Notes under the pieces: generated by a model | The model's input: the letters and a program-made list of their open reading frames with translations, nothing else | Told to the model about the DNA's origin: nothing | Databases searched by the model: none | NCBI GenBank assembly: GCA_964658305.1 | Contig: OZ210885.1 | Span: 16,616,001 to 16,680,000, forward strand | From: Leptogorgia sarmentosa | Lineage: Eukaryota | DNA length: 64,000 bases | Direction of reading: 5' to 3' | Position numbers and translations under genes: made by a program | In this document: one piece after another, positions 52,601 through 64,000 of the stretch | Position numbering within the stretch: the stretch's first letter is position 1 | Layout: each line of letters starts with the position of its first letter

Positions 52601-55556
52601 TTGTTACACGTTGAAAAAGTGTAACTTCCATCAACAAATGTCTACGACCATACCAGTAGGAAAATACCGGTTCTCGTTTGATCACTGAAGTTAAGCCTAC
52701 GTGGGCAAAGTTAGTACTTGGATGGGTGACTACCTGGGAATACTTTGTGTTGTAGACTTGCTTCATTTTATTGTATGTGTGTTTGTAAATAGGTTTGCTT
52801 TCAATTTCAACTTCAGGGTTTTGTTATTGTTACACGTTGAAAAAGTGTAACTTCCATCAACAAATGTCTACGACCATACCAGTAGGAAAATACCGGTTCT
52901 CGTCTGATCACCAAAGTTAAGCCTAGGTGGGCAAAGTTAGTAGTTGGATGGGTGACCACCTGGGAATATTTTGTGTTGTAGACTTGCTTCATTTTATTGT
53001 ATGTCTGTTTGTAAATAGGTTTGCTTTCAATTTCAACTTCAGGGTTTTGTTATTGTTACACGTTTAAAAAGTGTAACTTCCATCAACAAATGTCTACGAC
53101 CATACCAGTGGGAAAATACCGGTTCTCGTCTGATCACCGAAGTTAAGCCTAGGTGGGCAAAGTTAGTAGTTGGATGGGTGACCACCTGGGAATACTTTGT
53201 GTTGTAGACTTGCTTCATTTTATTGTATGTGTGTTTATAAATAGGTTTGCTTGGAATTTCAACTTCAGGGTTTTGTTATTGTTACACGTTTAAAAAGTGT
53301 AACTTCCATCAACAAATGTCTACGACCATACCAGTAGGAAAATACCGGTTCTCGTCTGATCACCGAAGTTAAGCCTAGGTGGGCAAAGTTAGTAGTTGGA
53401 TGGGTGACCACCTGGGAATACTTTGTGTTGTAGACTTGCTTCTTTTTATTGTATGTGTGCTTGTAAATAGGTTTGCTTTCAATTTCAACTTCAGGGTTTT
53501 GTTATTGTTACACGTTTAAAAAGTGTTACTTCCATCAACAAATGTCTACGACCATACCTGTAGGAAAATACCGGTTCTCGTCTGATGACCGAAGTTAAGC
53601 CTAGGTGGGCAAAGTTAGTACTTGGATGGGTGACTACCTGGGAATACTTTGTGTTGTAGACTTGCTTCATTTTATTGTATGTGTGTTTGTAAATATAATT
53701 CCTTTCAATTTCAACTTCAGGGTTTTGTTATTGTTACACGTTTAAAAAGTGTTACTTCCATCGGCAAATGTCTACGACCATACCAGTAGGAAAATACCGG
53801 TTCTCGTCTGATCACCGAAGTTAAGCCTAGGTGGGCAAGTTAGTACTTGGATGGGTGACCACCTGGGAATACTTTGTGTTGTAGACTTGCTTCATTTTAT
53901 TGTATGTGTGTTTGTAAATAGGTTTGCTTTCAATTTCATCTTCAGGGTTTTGTTATTGTTACACGTTTAAAAAGTGTTACTTCCATCAACAAATGTCTAC
54001 GACCATACCAGTAGGAAAATACCGGTTCTCGTCTGATCACCGAAGTTAAGCCTAGGTGGGCAAAGTTAGTACTTGGATGGGTGACTACCTGGGAATACTT
54101 TGTGTTGTAGACTTGCTTCATTTTATTGTATGTGTGTTTGTAAATATAATTCCTTTCAATTTCAACTTCAGGGTTTTGTTATTGTTACACGTTTAAAAAG
54201 TGTAACTTCCATCAACAATTGTCTACGACCATACCAGTAGGAAAATACCGGTTCTCGTCTGATCACAGAAGTTAAGCCTAGGTGGGCAAAGTTAGTACTT
54301 GGATGGGTGACTACCTGGGAATACTTTGTGTTGTAGACTTGCTTCATTTTATTGTAGGTGTGTTTGTAAATAGGTTTGCTTTCAATTTCAACTTCAGGGT
54401 TTTGTTATTGTTACACGTTTAAAAAGTGTAACTTCCATCAACAAATGTCTACGACCATACCAGTAGCAAAATACCGGTTCTCGTCTGATCACCGAAGTGA
54501 AGCCTAGATGGGCAAAGTTAGTACTTGGATGGGTGACCACCTGGGAATACTTTGTGTTGTAGACTTGCTTCATTTTATTGTATGTGTGTTTGTAAATAGG
54601 TTTGCTTTCAATTTCAACTTCAGGGTTTTGTTATTGTTACACGTTTAAAAAGTGTTACTTCCATCCAGAAATATCTATGACCATACCAGTAGGAAAATAC
54701 CGGTTCTCGTCTGATCACCGAAGTTAAGCCTAGGTGGGCAAGGTTAGTAGTTGGATGGGTGACCACCTGGGAATATTTTGTGTTGTACACTTGCTTCATT
54801 TTATTGTATGTGTGTTTCTAAATAGGTTTGCTTTCAATTTCAACTTCAGGGTTTTCTTATTGTTACACGTTTAAAAAGTGTAACTTCCATCAACAAATGT
54901 CTACGACCATACCAGTAGAAAAATACCGGTTCTCGTCTGATCACCGAAGTTAGCCCTAGGTGGGCAAAGTTAGTAGTTGGATGGGTGACCACCTGGGAAT
55001 ACTTTGTGTTGTAGACTTGCTTCATTTTATTGTATGTGTGTTTGTAAATAGGTTTGCTTGGAATTTCAACTTCAGGGTTTTGTTATTGTTACACGTTTAA
55101 AAAGTGTAACTTCCATCAACAGATGTCTACGACCATACCTGTAGGAAAATACCGGTTCTCCTCTGATCACCGAAGTTAAGCCTAGGTGGGAAAAGTTAGT
55201 AGTTGTATGGGTGGCCACCTGGGAATATTTTGTGTTGTACACTTGCTTCATTTTATTGTATGTGTGTTTCTAAATAGGTTTGCTTTCAATTTCAACTTCA
55301 GGGTTTTGTTATTGTTACACGTTTAAAAAGTGTTACTTCCATCGGCAAATGTCTACGACCATACCAGTAGGAAAATACCGGTTCTCGTCTGATCACCGAA
55401 GTTAAGCCTAGATGGGCAAGTTAGTACTTGGATGGGTGACCACCTGGGAATACTTTGTGTTGTAGACTTGCTTCATTTTATTGTATGTGTGTTTGTAGAT
55501 AGGTTTGCTTTCAATTTCAACTTCAGGGATTTGTTATTGTTACACGTTTAAAAAGT
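43620..55556 (+). repeat. Large tandem segmental duplication (43.6-50.4 kb versus 50.6-55.6 kb) with whole-unit indels
   Basis: Offsets are 6965 (43823/50788), 6636 (44707/51343) and 5178 (46784/51962; 49491/54669). Confidence 0.82.
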
Positions 55557-58500
55557 GTAACTTCCATCAACAAATGTCTACGACCATACCAGTAGGAAAT
55601 ACCGGTTCTCGTCTGATCACCGAAGTTAAGCCTAGGTGGGCAAAGTTAGTACTTGTATGGGTGACCACCTGGGAATACTTTGTGTTGTAGACTTGCTTCA
55701 TTTTATTGTATCTGTGTTTGTAAATAGGTTTGCTTTCAATTTCAACTTGAGGGTTTTGTTATTGTTACATGTTTAAAAAGTGTAACTTCCATCAACAAAT
55801 GTCTACGACCATACCAGCAGGAAAATACCGGTTCTCCTCTGATCACCGAAGTTAAGCCTAGGTGGGCAAGTTAGTACTTGGATGGGTGACCACCTGGGAA
55901 TACTTTGTGTTGTAGACTTGCTTCATTTTATTGTATGTGTGTTTGTAAATAGGTTTGCTTTCAATTTCAACTTCAGGGTTTTGTTATTGTTACACGTTTA
56001 AAAAGTGTAATTCCCATCAACAAATGTCTACGACCATACCAGTAGGAAAATACCGGTTATCGTCTGATCACCGAAGTTAAGCCTAGGTGGGCATAGTTAG
56101 TACTTGGATGGGTGACCACCTGGGAATACTTTTTTTTGTAGACTTGCTTCATTTTATTGTATGTGTGTTTGTAAATAGGTTTGCTTTCAATGTAAACTTC
56201 AGGGATTTTGTTATTGCTACATCTGGAAATACTTTGTATTGTTGTTTTGCTAAATGTTATTTAATGCCTATTTGTAAATATAATTCCTTTCAATTTCAAC
56301 TTCAGGGTTTTGTTATTGTTACACGTTTAAAAAGTGTAACTTCCATCAACAAATGTCTACGACCATACCAGTAGGAAAATACCGGTTCTCGTTTGATCAC
56401 TGAAGTTAAGCCTACGTGGGCAAACTTAGTACTTGGATGGGTGACTACCTGGGAATACTTTGTGTTGTAGACTTGGTTCATTTTATTGTATGTGTGTTTG
56501 TAAATATAATTCCTTTCAATTTCAACTTCAGGGTTTTGTTATTGTTACACGTTTAAAAAGTGTAACTTCCATCAACAATTGTCTACGACCATACCAGTAG
56601 GAAAATACCGGTTCTCGTCTGATCACCGAAGTTAAGCCTAGGTGGGCAAAGTTAGTACTTGGATGGGTGACTACCTGGGAATACTTTGTGTTGTAGACTT
56701 GCTTCATTTTATTGTATGTGTGTTTGTAAATAGGTTTGCTTTCAATTTCAACTTCAGGGTTTTGTTATTGTTACACGTTGAAAAAGTGTAACTTCCATCA
56801 ACAAATGTCTACGACCATACCAGTAGGAAAATACCGGTTCTCGTCTGATCACCAAAGTTAAGCCTAGGTGGGCAAAGTTAGTAGTTGGATGGGTGACCAC
56901 CTGGGAATATTTTGTGTTGTAGACTTGCTTCATTTTATTGTATGTCTGTTTGTAAATAGGTTTGCTTTCAATTTCAACTTCAGGGTTTTGTTATTGTTAC
57001 ACGTTTAAAAAGTGTAACTTCCATCAACAAATGTCTAAGACCATACCAGTGGGAAAATACCGGTTCTCGTCTGATCACCGAAGTTAAGCCTAGGTGGACA
57101 AAGTTAGTAGTTGGATGGGTGACCACCTGGGAATACTTTGTGTTGTAGACTTGCTTCATTTTATTGTATGTGTGTTTGTAAATAGGTTTGCTTGGAATTT
57201 CAACTTCAGGGTTTTGTTACTGTTACACGTTTAAAAAGTGTAACTTCCATCAACAAATGTCTACGACCATACCAGTAGGAAAATACCGGTTCTCGTCTGA
57301 TCACCAAAGTTAAGCCTAGGTGGGCAAAGTTAGTAGTTGGATGGGTGACCACCTGGGAATATTTTGTGTTGTAGACTTGCTTCATTTTATTGTATGTCTG
57401 TTTGTAAATAGGTTTGCTTTCAATTTCAACTTCAGGGTTTTGTTATTGTTACACGTTTAAAAAGTGTAACTTCCATCAACAAATGTCTACGACCATACCA
57501 CTGGGAAAATACCGGTTCTCGTCTGATCACCGAAGTTAAGCCTAGGTGGACAAAGTTAGTAGTTGGATGGGTGACCTCCTGGGAATACTTTGTGTTGTAG
57601 ACTTGCTTCATTTTATTGTATGTGTGTTTGTAAATATAATTCCTTTCAATTTCAACTTCAGGGTTTTGTTATTGTTACACGTTTAAAAAGTGTTACTTCC
57701 ATCAACAAATGTCTACGACCATACCTGTAGGAAAATACCGGTTCTCGTCTGATGACCGAATTTAAGCCTAGGTGGGCAAAGTTAGTACTTGGATGGGTGA
57801 CTACCTGGGAATACTTTGTGTTGTAGACTTGCTTCATTTTATTGTATGTGTGTTTGTAAATATAATTCCTTTCAATTTCAACTTCAGGGTTTTGTTACTG
57901 TTACACGTTTAAAAAGTGTTACTTCCATCGACAAATGTCTACGACCATACCAGTAGGAAAATACCGGTTCTCGTCTGATCACCAAAGTTAAGCCTAGGTG
58001 GGCAAGTTAGTACTTGGATGGGTGACCACCTGGGAATACTTTGTGTTGTAGACTTGCTTCATTTTAATGTATGTGTGTTTGTAAATAGGTTTGCTTTCAA
58101 TTTCAACTTCAGGGTTTTGTTATTGTTACACGTTTAAAAAGTGTTACTTCCATGAACAAATGTCTACGACCATACCAGTAGGAAAATACCGGTTCTCGTC
58201 TGATCACCGAAGTTAAGCCTAGGTGGGGAAAGTTAGCACTTGGATGGGTGACCACCTGGGAATACTTTTTTTTGTAGACTTGCTTCATTTTATTGTATGT
58301 GTGTTTGCAAATAGGTTTGCTTTCAATGTAAACTTCAGGGATTTTGTTATTGCTACATCTGGAAATACTTTGTATTGTTGTTTTGCTAAATGTTATTTAA
58401 TGCCTATTTGTAAATATACTTCCTTTCAATTTCAACTTCGGGGTTTTGTTATTGTTACACGATTAAAAAGTGTAACTTCCATCAACAAATGTGTACGACC

Positions 58501-61500
58501 GTACGAGTAGGAAAATACCGGTTCTCGTCTGATCACCGAAGTTAAGCCTAGGTGGGCACAGTTAGTAGTTGGATGGGTGACCACCTGGGAATACTTTGTG
58601 TTGTAGACTTGCTTCATTTTATTGTATGTGTGTTTGTAAAAAGGTTTGCTTTCAATTTCAACTTCAGGGTTTTGTTATTGTTACACGTTTAAAAAGTGTA
58701 ACTTCCATCAACAAATGTCTACGACCTTACCAGTAGGAAAATACCGGTTCTCGTCTGATCACCGAAGTTAAGCCTAGGTGGGCAAAGTTAGTACTTGGAT
58801 GGGTGACCACCTGGGAATACTTTGTGTTGTAGACTTGCTTCATTTTATTGTATGTGTGTTTGTAAATAGGTTTGCTTTCAATTTCATCTTCAGGGTTTTG
58901 TTATTGTTACACGTTTAAAAAGTGTTACTTCCATCAACAAATGTCTACGACCATACCAGTAGGAAAATACCGGTTCTCGTCAGATCACCGAAGTTAAGCC
59001 TAGGTGGGCAAAGTTAGTACTTGGATGGGTGACTACCTGGGAATACTTTGTGTTGTAGACTTGCTTCATTTTATTGTATGTGTGTTTGTAAATATAATTC
59101 CTTTCAATTTCAACTTCAGGGTTTTGTTATTGTTACACGTTTAAAAAGTGTAACTTCCATCAACAATTGTCTACGACCATACCAGTAGGAAAATACCGGT
59201 TCTCGTCTGATCACAGAAGTTAAGCCTAGGTGGGCAAAGTTAGTACTTGGATGGGTGACTACCTGGGAATACTTTGTGTTGTAGACTTGCTTCATTTTAT
59301 TGTAGGTGTGTTTGTAAATAGGTTTGCTTTCAATTTCAACTTCAGGGTTTTGTTATTGTTACACGTTTAAAAAGTGTAACTTCCATCAACAAATGTCTAC
59401 GACCATACCAGTAGCAAAATACCGGTTCTCGTCTGATCACCGAAGTGAAGCCTAGATGGGCAGAGTTAGTACTTGGATGGGTGACCACCTGGGAATACTT
59501 TGTGTTGTAGACTTGCTTCATTTTATTGTATGTGTGTTTGTAAATAGGTTTGCTTTCAATTTCAACTTCAGGGTTTTGTTATTGTTACACGTTTAAAAAG
59601 TGTTACTTCCATCAAGAAATATCTATGACCATACCAGTAGAAAATACCGGTTCTCGTCTGATCACCGAAGTTAAGCCTAGGTGGGCAAGGTTAGTAGTTG
59701 GATGGGTGACCACCTGGGAATATGTTGTGTTGTACACTTGCTTCATTTTATTGTATGTGTGTTTCTAAATAGGTTTGCTTTCAATTTCAACTTCAGGGTT
59801 TTCTTATTGTTACACGTTTAAAAAGTGTAACTTCCATCAACAAATGTCTACGACCATACCAGTAGCAAAATACCGGTTCTCGTCTGATCACCGAAGTTAA
59901 CCCTAGGTGGGCAAAGTTAGTAGTTGGATGGGTGACCACCTGGGAATACTTTGTGTTGTAGACTTGCTTCATTTTATTGTATGTGTGTTTGTAAATAGGT
60001 TTGCTTGGAATTTCAACTTCAGGGTTTTGTTATTGTTACACGTTTAAAAAGTGTAACTTCCATCAACAGATGTCTACGACCATACCTGTAGGAAAATACC
60101 GGTTCTCCTCTGATCACCGAAGTTAAGCCTAGGTGGGAAAAGTTAGTAGTTGTATGGGTGACCACCTGGGAATACTTTGTGTTGTAGACTTGCTTCATTT
60201 TATTGTATGTGTGTTTGTAAATAGGTTTGCTTTCAATTTCAACTTCAGGGTTTTGTTATTGTTACACGTTTAAAAAGTGTAACTTCCATCAACAAATGTC
60301 TACCACCTTACCAGTAGGAAAATACCGGTTCTCGTCTGATCACCGAAGTTAAGCCTAGGTGGGCAAAGTTAGTACTTGGATGGGTGACCACCTGGGAATA
60401 TTTTGTGTTGTAGACTTGCTTCATTTTATTGTATGTGTGTTTGTAAATAGGTTTGCTTTCAATTTCAACTTGAGGGTTTTCTTATTGTTACATGTTTAAA
60501 AAGTGTAACTTCCATCAACAAATGTCTACGACCATACCAGCAGGAAAATACCGGTTCTCGTCTGATCACCGAAGTTAAGCCTAGGTGGGCAAGTTAGTAC
60601 TTGGATGGGTGACCACCTGGGAATACTTTGTGTTGTAGACTTGCTTCATTTTATTGTATGTGTGTTTGTAAATAGGTTTGCTTTCAATTTCAACTTCAGG
60701 GTTTTGTTATTGTTACACGTTTAAAAAGTGTAACTTCCATCAACAAATGTCTACGACCATACCAGTAGGAAATACCGGTTCTCGTCTGATCACCGAAGTT
60801 AAGCCTAGGTGGGCAAAGTTAGTACTTGTATGGGTGACCACCTGGGAATACTTTGTGTTGTAGACTTGCTTCATTTTATTGTATCTGTGTTTGTAAATAG
60901 GTTTGCTTTCAATTTCAACTTCAGGGTTTTGTTATTGTTACACGTTTAAAAAGTGTAATTCCCATCAACAAATGTCTACGACCATACCAGTAGGAAAATA
61001 CCGGTTATCGTCTGATCACCGAAGTTAAGCCTAGGTGGGCATAGTTAGTACTTGGATGGGTGACCACCTGGGAATACTTTGTGTTGTAGACTTGCTTCAT
61101 TTTATTGTATGTGTGTTTGTAAATAGGTTTGCTTTCAATTTCAACTTCAGGGTTTTGTTATTGTTACACGTTTAAAAAGTGTAATTCCCATCAACAAATG
61201 TCTACAACCATACCAGTAGGAAAATACCGGTTATCGTCTGATCACCGAAGTTAAGCCTAGGTGGGCATAGTTAGTACTTGGATGGGTGACCACCTGGGAA
61301 TACTTTTTTTTGTAGACTTGCTTCATTTTATTGTATGTGTGTTTGTAAATAGGTTTGCTTTCAATGTAAACTTCAGGGATTTTGTTATTGCTACATCTGG
61401 AAATACTTTGTATTGTTGTTTTGCCAAAATTTATTTAATGCCTATTTGTAAATATAATTCCTTTCAATTTCAACTTCAGGGTTTTGTTATTGTTACACGT

Positions 61501-64000
61501 TTAAAAAGTGTAACTTCCATCAACAAAGGTCTACGACCATACCAGTAGGAAAATACCGGTTCTCGTTTGATCACTGAAGTTAAGCCTACGTGGGCAAAGT
61601 TAGTACTTGGATGGGTGACTACCTGGGAATACTTTGTGTTGTAGACTTGGTTCATTTTATTGTATGTGTGTTTGTAAATATAATTCCTTTCAATTTCAAC
61701 TTCAGAGTTTTGTTATTGTTACACGTTTAAAAAGTGTAACTTCCATCAACAATTGTCTACGACCATACCAGTAGGAAAATACCGGTTCTCGTCTGATCAC
61801 CGAAGTTAAGCCTAGGTGGGCAAAGTTAGTACTTGGATGGGTGACTACCTGGGAATACTTTGTGTTGTAGACTTGCTTCATTTTATTGTATGTGTGTTTG
61901 TAAATAGGTTTGCTTTCAATTTCAACTTCAGGGTTTTGTTATTGTTACACGTTGAAAAAGTGTAACTTCCATCAACAAATGTCTACGACCATACCAGTAG
62001 GAAAATACCGGTTCTCGTCTGATCACCAAAGTTAAGCCTAGGTGGGCAAAGTTAGTAGTTGGATGGGTGACCACCTGGGAATATTTTGTGTTGTAGACTT
62101 GCTTCATTTTATTGTATGTCTGTTTGTAAATAGGTTTGCTTTCAATTTCAACTTCAGGGTTTTGTTATTGTTACACGTTTAAAAAGTGTAACTTCCATCA
62201 ACAAATGTCTAAGACCATACCAGTGGGAAAATACCGGTTCTCGTCTGATCACCGAAGTTAAGCCTAGGTGGACAAAGTTAGTAGTTGGATGGGTGACCAC
62301 CTGGGAATACTTTGTGTTGTAGACTTGCTTCATTTTATTGTATGTGTGTTTGTAAATAGGTTTGCTTGGAATTTCAACTTCAGGGTTTTGTTACTGTTAC
62401 ACGTTTAAAAAGTGTAACTTCCATCAACAAATGTCTACGACCATACCAGTAGGAAAATACCGGTTCTCGTCTGATCACCAAAGTTAAGCCTAGGTGGGCA
62501 AAGTTAGTAGTTGGATGGGTGACCACCTGGGAATATTTTGTGTTGTAGACTTGCTTCATTTTATTGTATGTCTGTTTGTAAATAGGTTTGCTTTCAATTT
62601 CAACTTCAGGGTTTTGTTATTGTTACACGTTTAAAAAGTGTAACTTCCATCAACAAATGTCTACGACCATACCACTGGGAAAATACCGGTTCTCGTCTGA
62701 TCACCGAAGTTAAGCCTAGGTGGACAAAGTTAGTAGTTGGATGGGTGACCTCCTGGGAATACTTTGTGTTGTAGACTTGCTTCATTTTATTGTATGTGTG
62801 TTTGTAAATAGGTTTGCTTGGAATTTCAACTTCAGGGTTTTGTTATTGTTACACGTTTAAAAAGTGTAACTTCCATCAACAAATGTCTACGACCATACCA
62901 GTAGGAAAATACCGGTTCTCGTCTGATCACCGAAGTTAAGCCTAGGTGGGCAAAGTTAGTAGTTGGATGGGTGACCACCTGGGAATACTTTGTGTTGTAG
63001 ACTTGCTTCTTTTTATTGTATGTGTGCTTGTAAATAGGTTTGCTTTCAATTTCAACTTCAGGGTTTTGTTATTGTTACACGTTTAAAAAGTGTTACTTCC
63101 ATCAACAAATGTCTACGACCATACCTGTAGGAAAATACCGGTTCTCGTCTGATGACCGAATTTAAGCCTAGGTGGGCAAAGTTAGTACTTGGATGGGTGA
63201 CTACCTGGGAATACTTTGTGTTGTAGACTTGCTTCATTTTATTGTATGTGTGTTTGTAAATATAATTCCTTTCAATTTCAACTTCAGGGTTTTGTTATTG
63301 TTACACGTTTAAAAAGTGTTACTTCCATCGACAAATGTCTACGACCATACCAGTAGGAAAATACCGGTTCTCGTCTGATCACCAAAGTTAAGCCTAGGTG
63401 GGCAAGTTAGTACTTGGATGGGTGACCACCTGGGAATACTTTGTGTTGTAGACTTGCTTCATTTTAATGTATGTGTGTTTGTAAATAGGTTTGCTTTCAA
63501 TTTCAACTTCAGGGTTTTGTTATTGTTACACGTTTAAAAAGTGTTACTTCCATGAACAAATGTCTACGACCATACCAGTAGGAAAATACCGGTTCTCGTC
63601 TGATCACCGAAGTTAAGCCTAGGTGGGGAAAGTTAGCACTTGGATGGGTGACCACCTGGGAATACTTTTTTTTGTAGACTTGCTTCATTTTATTGTATGT
63701 GTGTTTGCAAATAGGTTTGCTTTCAATGTAAACTTCAGGGATTTTGTTATTGCTACATCTGGAAATACTTTGTATTGTTGTTTTGCTAAATGTTATTTAA
63801 TGCCTATTTGTAAATATACTTCCTTTCAATTTCAACTTCGGGGTTTTGTTATTGTTACACGATTAAAAAGTGTAACTTCCATCAACAAATGTGTACGACC
63901 GTACGAGTAGGAAAATACCGGTTCTCGTCTGATCACCGAAGTTAAGCCTAGGTGGGCACAGTTAGTAGTTGGATGGGTGACCACCTGGGAATACTTTGTG
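55520..64000 (+). repeat. ~5.2-5.4-kb duplication (55.5-58.6 kb versus 60.7-64 kb)
   Basis: Offsets are 5173 (55505/60678), 5174 (56087/61261) and 5400 (58223/63623, one extra monomer). Confidence 0.8.
63891..64000 (+). rRNA. 5S rRNA: 5S rRNA gene variant, cut by the window end
   Basis: GTGTACGACCGTACGAG...GGGAATACTTTGTG, the first 110 nt of a gene. Confidence 0.8.

Larger units (their letters stand above)
1..64000 (+). repeat. Tandem repeat with a 226-bp monomer and ~41 interspersed 329-bp variants
   Basis: Gene starts at 16, 242, 468, 694 and 920 (step 226), then 1249 (step 329). No unique sequence or inversion seen anywhere in the window. Confidence 0.98.
16..64000 (+). rRNA. 5S rRNA: Tandem 5S rRNA gene array (~265 genes and pseudogenes, all + strand)
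   Basis: A repeated 120-nt sequence, GTCTACGACCATACCAGTAGGAAAATACCGGTTCTCGTCTGATCACCGAAGTTAAGCCTAGGTGGGCAAAGTTAGTACTTGGATGGGTGACCACCTGGGAATACTTTGTGTTGTAGACTT, is colinear with eukaryotic 5S rRNA (CCATACC, CTCGTCTGATC, GAAGTTAAGC, TTAGTACTTGGATGGG, CCTGGGAATAC motifs). Count: (63891-16-41x103)/226 gives 264 intervals with a net -12 bp, which matches the indels tallied by eye. Confidence 0.97.

Noticed and set aside
1..64000. CRISPR-like repeat-spacer array
   Set aside because: The spacers are near-identical rather than unique, the repeat is a 120-nt 5S gene, and there are no cas genes.

Overview
The whole 64 kb window is one uninterrupted, head-to-tail, + strand tandem array of eukaryotic 5S rRNA genes, with a metazoan/invertebrate-like sequence. 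I see no credible protein-coding gene, transposon or CRISPR array; every listed ORF is a by-product of the repeat. The basic unit is 226 bp (120-nt 5S gene plus 106-bp spacer), and about 41 units are 329 bp. Coordinate arithmetic gives about 265 genes, the first at 16-135 and the last starting at 63891 and cut by the window edge. The consensus folds into a canonical 5S structure with compensatory changes, but many copies carry recurrent variants, some probably inactivating. Notable structure: (i) the 103-bp extra spacer is a decayed 5S monomer with a 124-bp deletion; (ii) the array is organised like satellite DNA, with higher-order repeats of 781, 1687, 2342, 3944 and about 5.2-7 kb; (iii) two haplotype families form an A-B-A arrangement; (iv) an amplified pseudogene class carries an internal T8 Pol III terminator; (v) a near-perfect palindrome surrounds the upstream TATA-like box. 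I found no evidence of a new protein-based system. All counts were made by eye or by arithmetic and need computational confirmation.
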